64,000 bases of DNA, from assembly GCF_009914755.1 (NCBI RefSeq), contig NC_060935.1, one strand, 5' to 3'. Position numbers and translations under genes: made by a program. This stretch comes from the human T2T-CHM13v2.0 reference genome, Homo sapiens. Below the pieces are notes generated by a model. It made no database searches. It was not told the origin of the DNA and saw only the letters and a program-made list of their open reading frames with translations. This document shows positions 54,943 to 64,000 of the stretch, piece by piece; within the stretch, counting starts at the first letter, position 1; every line of letters begins with the position of its first letter.

Positions 54943-55643
54943 GTCTAACTCCATAAACTGTTTTTAGTCCCATTGCAGTTTTGCTCGATTAGCTGCTAGC
55001 GGCAGTGCAAACTGCACCAACCCTTTTATAAAGCAGTATGACAATATTTCTTGAGAGTGTTGAATGTTTTCATACCTTTTGACTCTGCAATTCTACTTCT
55101 GTAAATCTAGCCTAAGGAAATAATCTGAAATGTGGAAAATGCCCCCAAATATTGATCATGACATTATCTGTAATACTAAAAAATTAGAAACCAGTTAATG
55201 TCTGGTAATAAAGAGATCATTAAGTAAATTCTGGAATATCCACTTGCTGGAACATTAAGCAGCCATTAAAATGATATTTATTAAGAATTCATAATAACAT
55301 GAGAAAATGCTTACATAGAAATGTTAAATTTTAAAAATTGTTTTCAAAAGTATGTAAGCAGTATGACCATTAAATAACTGACAAAAATTATGCATATAAA
55401 ATAAATGAAACAGAAATACATTAAAATATTAATAGTATGGTAGCACTAAGGTTGGTTAATTTCTTTCTTTTATTTTTCAGTACAGTACTTCCAAAACAAT
55501 AATATAATAATAATGTAAAAAATATAGCAACAATGTATTCATTTTATACAGGAGAAAATATCATTTAAGAGATCGGGGTTTTTTCTCTTAAAAAAACGTA
55601 TTTTTGTTTTAGTCTCTCTAAAACAAAAAGACTGGACCTGATG

Positions 55644-55843
55644 GAGTTCGAGGTTACAGTGCGCTATGATCACACCATTGCACTGCAGCCTGGGCAATCT
55701 TGGATGAGGCTTTGATAGCTAGTGTCATAACTTTTGTGGGCTGAGCCTCAAGTTTTGTTGAGATAAGAGCGTCTGGAAAGTGGGTGAAGGATGAGAACCA
55801 AGGACTGGGCAACAGAGCAAAACCCCTGTCTGTGAAAAAAAGA
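55644..55843 (+). mobile_element. AluJ/FRAM-like 3' fragment interrupted by a templated insertion
   Basis: gagttcgaggttacagtgcgctatgatcacaccattgcactgcagcctgggcaa [insert] ctgggcaacagagcaaaacccctgtct. Confidence 0.75.
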
Positions 55844-56567
55844 ATAGTAAATACAGCAACTGTGGTGGTGGATTTGCCTCTTATATGGATTAATTAACTG
55901 TTTATTTCATGTTTATTATTCCTCCTAAGTAACTGTCTTTGTTACAGGAAGCGAGAAATGCTTAGTTATGTAGTAGTAGCTGGAACTAGCTCCATCTTTG
56001 CCAGTTTATAGCTATCAAAAACATGTTACTCACTCATCTTAAGTGTTATCCTAATATTTGAAAAAGGTTTGATTCTATTAGGGCAAAGAATTCTCACACT
56101 TACAACCAGGACTGCCATCAATGCAGTTGGGGTTTGGGACGCAGAGGGACACGTGAAAGGTGGGTGCCATGGTCAACCTCCTTCACATGGGCATCCAAAA
56201 CAGGGAGCCACAAGTCTAGGACTAAGAGTCCTAGACTCTTAGGGCTCTGGATTCCAACAGGCCTTGGATCGAGTCACAGCTGCACACCCACCACCATGTC
56301 TTTGAGTGAAATCTTAACCCCTTTGTGTCCTCTCTGAACTCAAAGTCCATGTTTAAAACTGCTGTGAAATGTTGTTAATGCTTGCAAGACTCCTTGCTCT
56401 TTGCACACTGTGACCTGGGACCATTCACTTGCAGGAACCTGCCCCCACAACTAGCCAAGTCCTTGGTTCTCATCCTTCACCCACTTTCCAGACGCTTTTA
56501 TCTCAACAAAACTTGAGGCTTAGCCCACAAAAGTTATGACACTAGCTATCAAAGCCTCATCCAAGAT
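55697..56567. repeat. 110-bp inverted repeat (55697-55806 vs 56458-56567), 108/110 identical
   Basis: Manual reverse-complement alignment. Confidence 0.93.
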
Positions 56568-59500
56568 GTTCTATCTTTGGACTTGGTTTTAAATTAAACC
56601 TGCCTTCACCCTCTGGACTAATAGAGATAAGGTTGGCTTTCCGGTCAGCCGTGGACTGCAGGCTAGAATGAGGAAGGACCACAAAAAGCAGCTGCAGAGA
56701 CAGCATCTTCACTCATTCAGACACTATTTGGGCAATGAAAGAACAGAGAACTCGGTTATTTAATTAACCCTCCGAGTCTCTGGAATGTAAACATTTTCTT
56801 TTGTAAAGCTCTGAGACCTCTCTTGTTTCCAACCAGCAGGCCTTTATTTCTGCCTCTCCTTCTGTTTCTCTGCTCTTGACCCTCTTGTAATACATTGTTG
56901 GATGACTTGTTTGCACAGAGGGACAGGCTTATTTCCCACCCCCCTCCCAAATTCTTGAGGCATTAGAAATTTTCTCCCTTATCAATTTTCCACGGACTGG
57001 CCCTCTATTCCCTAATGGTGCTGGATTGGCACACACCACAGACACCGGCTCTGAAACAAAAGAAAAAGCAAGAAGATAGAGATGCACACAGCCAGCCTCC
57101 CTGTCTATTCCCAGTGTGTCCCACTGACAATGCTGTGTGGAAGGGAAATTGTTCTATCAGCGACTGTGTTAGATTCATGACCCCACCACAACCTTGAATT
57201 GGCCTTTAGTTGTCGCTGATGGGAACTGAAGAACAGCGCCTGTCGACATGATTGCTACTCTCCAATGAATCAGAACATACAGGGCGAGGAGCAGCACATT
57301 AAAGTAGCAACAGAAATATATCACTGTACTTTTATATAGATGTATTGCTTTTGCCCAGGCATATAAATGATTGGGCCAGCCACTTAATTTTTTTCAGGGA
57401 CTATAAATTAAAAATAAGCTAAGGGTTTTAAAATTATGTTCTTTTTTAAAAACCAAGGTAGCTATTTTAAGGCAACAGTCAAATATTTAAAGATCATCTT
57501 ATGTGGATATTTCAGCGACTGTCATTGGGAGGAAAATCAGCCCTTGCCGCCTGCACTCCGGTTACTTAACACATGGGCGCTGATTTATCATGGGTTGTCA
57601 TTTGCTAATTGATCTTTTTTTAAAAGTAAATGTTCCCCATGTTTACTTCTCTGCCTGCTTACTGAAGAAAGTATAGTTCACAGATTTAAGTTGTGATTTA
57701 AATAGACAGCAAACATATTTACCAGCCTAGAGCAAGATGCTGGAAGAGTCAAGGTGTTCAGAGAAAGCTGAGAGCAGGGATCAATGATTCTGAAATTGGG
57801 AGGTGATAGGGCCCCATTGAGAATAGGCTGGAGCTCATGGAACCTCTCTCCAGGAGCACACGTGAATGCTTGCACTTCACAGCAAAATTTTTCCTTTTGC
57901 TTCAAGGACTCACAAACTCTCTGAAGCCCCTCCCTGGAGCCCCTGTTTTTGAGGTTATCTTGTAAAACTATAAATTTGTGACACACTGGGATGCGGTGAT
58001 CAGCTGTGATGTATGTCTCAAGTAACTGCTTACTAATAACAGGTCAAATATAGCTGTTTGCAAATGATTTGCTTTTAGAAGTATACACATCTGAGAAGAT
58101 TCAAAGGTTTACCAATAACAGCATTACTCTCACGTAGTCACCATAGCCAATAAGACCTACATGATCTAGCCCCTGCCTATCTCCCTGATATTACCTCTCA
58201 CCACTTTTCTCCTCACTCTACAAGATTCAGTCACATGGCCTCCTTTCTGATTTTCAGCCCACTGAGTTACTTCCTGCCTTGGGGTATCTGCAGTGCTGGG
58301 CAATGTTCTAGGCACAGACCGAACAAGACCACAAGATCTGTCTTTTGTGGATCTTACATTCTGTGGAGGGAAACAGCCAATAGGCATATGATCAAATCCC
58401 TAAGTTTGATCATTTCAAGTGTTTTGAAGCAATTAAAATGGAATGAGGAGGGGCTAGAGTGTGACCGATGCATGGCCAGGTAAGGCCTCTTTGGAGAGAT
58501 TGTAGCTGAGATTTTAACTGAGATGGAGAAGTGAGAAATAGCTGCAAGTCAAAGGGAAATATTTGTGGGCAAATCCAGTAGTAAGTGCAAATACCCTGAG
58601 GCTAGAAAGAACTTGGTGGGTTGAAAGGTCATCAAGTAGGTCATTTGACATCTGATATGCTCTCTCAGGGAGAAAATTAAATTATCCATGCTGCTGCCCA
58701 AATGATTGATATGCTATGAGCAGTGATGGTGACTACAAATTAAGTGTTTTTTTCTCTGCAATAATTTTGACTTTTTGTCAAATACTTGATATGCAAATTG
58801 AAGTCATTTAAGACCTAATTAGAGATGGGGGGAGCAGGAAGTCCAGAGAGGTAAGGTAGTTTACCCAAGGTCACACAGCTTTGTTATTAAATTAGTTTAG
58901 TGGACAGACCAAAGGAAAGCCCTGGCCTCTGCATTTGCAGGGTGGTATCCTTGCAACACTTTGCCTCCCTATTATTTTCATGTAATTTAACAAAGATCAT
59001 TTTGTCTTGAAAACTAGTCTGGTGTCTGGTTCCATATGCTGTTATGGTCCAGAGACACACTATCATTACACGGTTTTCAGCTTTTACAAAGTTTTGTTAA
59101 ATATCTAGCTCAGGATTCCTGATTTCTCCAGAGGTTGATGAAGCCAGTGGTGAGCTAAAAATCTCTCACCTCTAAAGAAAACCAAGTATCACTGTCTCCT
59201 CTGGGCTGAACATTGAGATCTGTGAGACTCTAATAAGTTCTGGGTCCTTACCTGCCTCTGGTGGAGCCTGTGGTTAGGACAGATAGACTCCTAGCTTTGT
59301 ATGCCTATGTCAAGAAGGCTAACATTGGCACCCCCCATACCACTTTCCATGCGTCCCAGTGGCCCCCAAACAACAAGTGAATTGATAGCAGTCTTGATTT
59401 TAACTAAGTGTAGGAAGTCTTTGATCTGATGGAACCAATGTTTCTAAAATATTAGAAAAAAAATTGGAGACGAGTGAGTGAAATATTTTCAGTAGCTGTA

Positions 59501-60311
59501 AATTGGCAAAGACTGAGCTAATTCCAGCCACCAATACATAGCTAATCAACACTGTACTAGAACTGAACACTGTTGTTAAAAAATTCCAAGAAAGAGTGTG
59601 GCCCAGATTGATATCAAAATACCCTTTTAGTTAAAAAGTTTAGAAAAATGAACTCAGCCACTTCTGCACTACCTCTGACAAAATCTATATTCACAGTCCT
59701 CTCTTTCGACATCTGAAATCTATCTTCTCTCCAGCTAGTTTCTCTCTCTTTTCTTATACTGCTGGTGAGAATATAAATTAGTCATTCCTTCAGGAGTACA
59801 ATTTGGCTAGTGGGTGTCAAGAAACTCTACAAACTGTGTAGTCATTGACTCAACAATTATATTTTTGAGATTTGATCATAAGGAAACAGAGATACTTGTA
59901 AGTTTTATACTGCAAGATTTATATGGCAAGATAGTCACAACAGTATTATATATGATAGTGAAATATTGCAAATTATCAAAAAGAGATTGGAATCTCCCAA
60001 AATGTGTTCTGCAGAAACAAATTTCATAAGATGCTCCCCCCCCAACACACACACACAGGACTGTGTGATCAAATAAATTTAGGACATACATACTATATAT
60101 TTTGAGAAATCACAAGGCATATTAGCAAGAATCCTCTCAGAATTCTTACAAAAAAAGAAATCTATTATGTGACCTCATTTAACTCAGAGCTTCTCAAATT
60201 CCTTTGGTCACTGAATCCCTTTATTACATAATACTTCTTAATATACTACAGAAAAGAGGCTCTGCAATATATACTTCAGGAAATACTGAGTTAAATAAAT
60301 TTACATATCTG

Positions 60312-60955
60312 CTTTCAGCTTTTGTCTCGAAGGAGGCCAAGGTGTAACTTTCTTCGGTCGTCCTGAATCCAGGTTCATCTGACACCAGCGGCCTCCACCA
60401 TGCCACCGAAGTTCGACCCCAGCAAGATTAAAGTCGTATGCCTGACGTGCACCAGGGATAAATGTGGTGCCATGTCTGGGCTGACACTCAAGATTGGCCA
60501 TCCTGGGTCTGTGTCCAAAAAAACTTGGTAATGACATTGCCAAGGCAATCGGTGACTGGAAGGATCTGAGGATTACAGTGAAACTGACCATTCGGTACAG
60601 ACAGACCCAGAATGAGGTGGTACCTTCTGCCACGGCCATGATCATAAAAGTCCTCAAGGAACCACCAAGAGATAGAAAAAAACAGAAAAGCACTAAACAC
60701 AGTGGAAATATCACTTTTGATGAGATTGTCCACATTGCTGGACAGATGTGGCACTGATCTTTCGCCAGATAACTCTCTGGAACCATTAAAGAGATCCTGG
60801 GGACTGTCGAGTCTATGGGCTGTGATATTGATGGCCGCCACCCTCATGACGTCATAGATGATGTCAACAGTGGTGCGGTGGAATACCAAGCTAGTTAAGA
60901 AGCACAAAGAAAAATATTTCAATAAAGGATCATTTCACAATTAAAATAAAAAAAT
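60312..60955 (+). pseudogene. RPL12P30: Processed ribosomal protein L12 pseudogene (probably RPL12P30; the number is from memory)
   Basis: RPL12 5' UTR plus intronless CDS (ATG 60400 MPPKFDP... to TAA 60896-60898); +1 frameshift at ~60500; premature TGA at 60755 and TAA; AATAAA at 60921; A-rich tail; TSD aaataaatttacatatctg at 60293-60311 and 60956-60974. Confidence 0.93.
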
Positions 60956-61405
60956 AAATAAATTTACATATCTGTATATGGAATGCTTTGCTGCTGTTTA
61001 AAACAATATTAAAGAATTTTGATTCTATGGGATAAATGCTGGTGATATTAAGTGGGGAAAAAAGCAGGTTACATACGAATGAATATTTTATTAGCATAAT
61101 TTTGGAAACTAATGTATGTGTGATTATGTCAAAATAAGAACAGATTTGATCTTGTGGTGACGGCATTAGTGATGTTTGTTTTTAAAAAATTGTGCTTCTA
61201 AATTTTCCCAATTTGCTATAATTAATAAGCATTACTTTTATAAGGAAACATACTATATATTTTAAACTTTTTATCTTAAAATAATTTTAGAGTTGCAGAA
61301 AAGGTAAACAAAATAGTAGTTTTCATATGCATTTTCCTCAGCTTCCCCTTGTATTAACATCTTGCAAAACCACAGTACAATTATTGAAAGCAAGTAATTA
61401 GCATT

Positions 61406-61783
61406 TTATATGGTTTGACTGTGTCCCCACCCAAATCTCATATTGAATTGTAGTTCCCATAATCCACACATGCTGTGGGAGGGAGCCAGTGGGAAGTGAT
61501 TGGATTATGGAGGCAGTTTCCCCCATGCTGTTCTCATGGTAGTGAGTGAGTTCTCATTAAATCTGATGGTTTTATAAGTGTCTGGCATTTCCCTTGCTTG
61601 TACTTCTGCTTCCTGCTGCCTTGTGAAGAAGATCCCTTTCTTCCCCTTTGCCTTCCACCATGATTGTAAGTTTCCTGAGGTCTCCCCAGCCATGCTGAAC
61701 TGTGAGTTAATTAAACCTCTTTCCTTTATAAATTGCCCAGCCTCAGGTATTTCCTTATAGCAATGTGAGAATGGACTAATACA
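61406..61783 (+). mobile_element. THE1 (THE1D-like) MaLR solo LTR
   Basis: tatggtttgactgtgtccccacccaaatctca...ggactaataca; 5-bp TSD gcatt at 61401-61405 and 61784-61788. Confidence 0.88.
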
Positions 61784-62834
61784 GCATTGATGGGATATTC
61801 ATTTGAATTTCACCAATTCTCCCACTAATGTCTTTTTTTCTGGTTCAGGATCCAGTCCAGTGTCCCACATTGTACTTAGTCATGTCTCCTTAGTCTCCTA
61901 CAGTCTGTGGCAGTTTCTGTTTTTCATTTTCTTTAATGGCCTAGACACTTTTTAAAGAGTTCTGGCTAGTTATTTGTAGAATGTTCCTCAATTTGAATTT
62001 GTCTGATATGTTCTCAGGTTAGATTCAGGCATTTTTGACATTTTGGGGAAAATGTCAAGAAGTCACGGTGTGTTTTTCTAGGTGCATCATATCTGGACTA
62101 CATGATGTCAATATATTTCATTACTGGTCTTATTAACTTTGATCACTTAATAAATGTCCCATGGGAAGATATTTTGAAGCTATTCCTGTTTCTCATCACA
62201 CTTTTTGTAGCCTACTAATTTTGGTATCCATTAATAATTCTTGTCTGCCAAAGTTATCACTGTTCTATTTTCCTAATGGTGGTTTTCTATTTTCATCATT
62301 CTTTCCACATTGATCTATTGGACATCTACTGTAAGGAATATTTATTTATTCAAATATTTTATGTAGGTGTGAACTAATGGTTGTTTATTTTATTCATGAG
62401 TTTTGATTTTTTTACTTAAACCATCCCAGATTTGGCCATCAGAACCCCTTCAGATTCATTCTTGCTTGTAACATGTCCCCATCCTTTTTTTGAGCACTTC
62501 TTTCCTTTCTGGCACACAAGATATTATAAGTCATCTTGTACTTTCCCTTTCTCAGCCCTGTAATCAAATATTTATCCAGGGAGTTCTGGTTCCTTTTATT
62601 GGAAAAACCAATATCTAGGCACTAAGTGTGCTCTTTGCTACTAGGGTATCATTGTTCTAGGCCTTCTCAGTGGACAGGGCTAGAAAATAGACAATGTGTA
62701 CTCACACACATTCACACGGAAGCATCTTTGTTTTTATGTTTTTTTAATATATTTTATCTCTTTATTTTATATCTATTTTTATAGATTTTTATACTATCTA
62801 TTATATATCTCTATAAATCCATCTTTTATCTATC

Positions 62835-63551
62835 TGTCAGTGTTTTTCAGAGAAACAATCAATAGGAAATATGTATCTATATATATAGAATCAGCAACAA
62901 AGATATATCTATATATAGAATCAGTAGGAATTATATATTTATATATAGATATAAATAATATATAGATATAGATAATATATACAATCTATTATAATATATA
63001 ATCTATATAACTACATATATCTATGTATATAGATATATATTATATATAGATATCTATATCTATATAGATATAGATAATTTTGTGAGCCAATTCCTTATAA
63101 CATATATATATATATAATATAATAAACCTCTCTCTATATCTATAGATATAGAGAGAGATTTATTATATGGAATCGGCTCACACAATTTATGGAGACTAAG
63201 AAGTTCTACAACCTGTTGTCTGTAGGAAAGCCAGTGGTGTAGTTCTAATCTGAGTCCCAAAGCCTAAGAGCCAGGAGAACCGATGATATAAGTCCAAGTG
63301 CAAGGGAAGACTGATATCCTGGTCAGGGAAAGAGAGATAATTCTCTCTTCTGTTACCATTTGGTCTATTCAAGCCTCCAAAAGATTCAGTGAGGCCCACC
63401 TACACTGGGGAGTGCAATCTGTGTTACTTAGTGCACCAATTCAAATGTTAATGTCATCCAGAAACACTTACAAATGTATGCTAAATAATTTTTAATCAAA
63501 TATCTGGGCACCCTGTGGCCCTGTCAAGCCAACACATAAAATTAACCATTA
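62835..63551 (-). mobile_element. MLT2-type ERVL LTR with internal TA-rich expansion
   Basis: cagagaaacaatcaatagg...gatttattatatggaatcggctcacacaat...gggcaccctgtggccc...cacataaaattaacca. Confidence 0.7.
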
Positions 63552-63553
63552 TT

Positions 63554-63627
63554 CTATCTATCTGTCTATCTATCTATCTATCATCTATCTATCTATCTAT
63601 CTATCTGTCTATCTATCTATCTATCTA
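63554..63627. repeat. (CTAT)n / GATA-type tetranucleotide STR
   Basis: ctatctatctgtctatctatctatctatcatctatc... Confidence 0.9.
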
Positions 63628-64000
63628 ATTTGTCTACGTGATCTATCTAGAACCATGATTTTATGCTGATCCCTCTAATTTCAATTAAACTACAATGTTC
63701 ATTCTAGCCTTTTCCATTGTCTTACTTGTAACCATTTCTCTGATAGTGAGGGACCTGGTATTCATTATCCACAATATATTTGCTTATTTGTTCAATCCTG
63801 GAGCATACATGAAGTGTTTCAGGATTGCTAGCCTTTACCTCTGTGGAAAAAAACAAAAACAAAAAACTTAATTTGCCAACTTGAATACAATTTTTTTGTA
63901 GAATTCGTTTCATTTTTAGCCTAATAATACACAGTCAAAATATTGTTTGACAAAGTTACTTAGGTTAGTTCTTTTCTTCTCCTTTCCTTTGGTGTAATTA

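Larger units (their letters stand above)
61255..64000 (-). mobile_element. Old L1MC-class 3' region interrupted by LTRs
   Basis: ttattttgaaataatt-like start, ggatccagtccag, atttgtagaatgttcctcaatttg, ctcagccctgtaatc, tgagggacctggtattcattatccacaa. Confidence 0.6.

Noticed and set aside
60301-60922. Long minus-strand ORFs (161 aa, 144 aa)
   Set aside because: They are antisense shadows of the RPL12 retrocopy, with no independent coding evidence

Overview
This is AT-rich, repeat-dense primate DNA that I recognise as the human ARL14EP (C11orf46) locus. It holds one protein-coding gene on the + strand: a CpG-island promoter and non-coding exon 1 near 15.3-15.5 kb, then three coding exons (23248-23673, 25165-25292, 28851-29079). 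These splice through canonical GT-AG sites to 783 nt, or 260 aa, and the 3' UTR is mostly a Tigger DNA transposon. A processed RPL12 pseudogene with a target-site duplication (TSD) lies at ~60.3-61.0 kb. The rest is Alu, L1, L2, MIR, MaLR/ERVL LTRs, hAT/Tigger DNA transposons and microsatellites; repeat subfamily names are recalled from consensus sequences and are approximate. I see no convincing new biological system, and nearly all short ORFs in the track are noise from repeats. The most notable unexplained structures are a 110-bp near-perfect inverted templated insertion (55697-55806, copied from 56458-56567), two older local duplications, a foldback palindrome at ~63.1 kb, a strong CTCF-like site, candidate enhancers and an Alu layout that could circularise exons 2-3.
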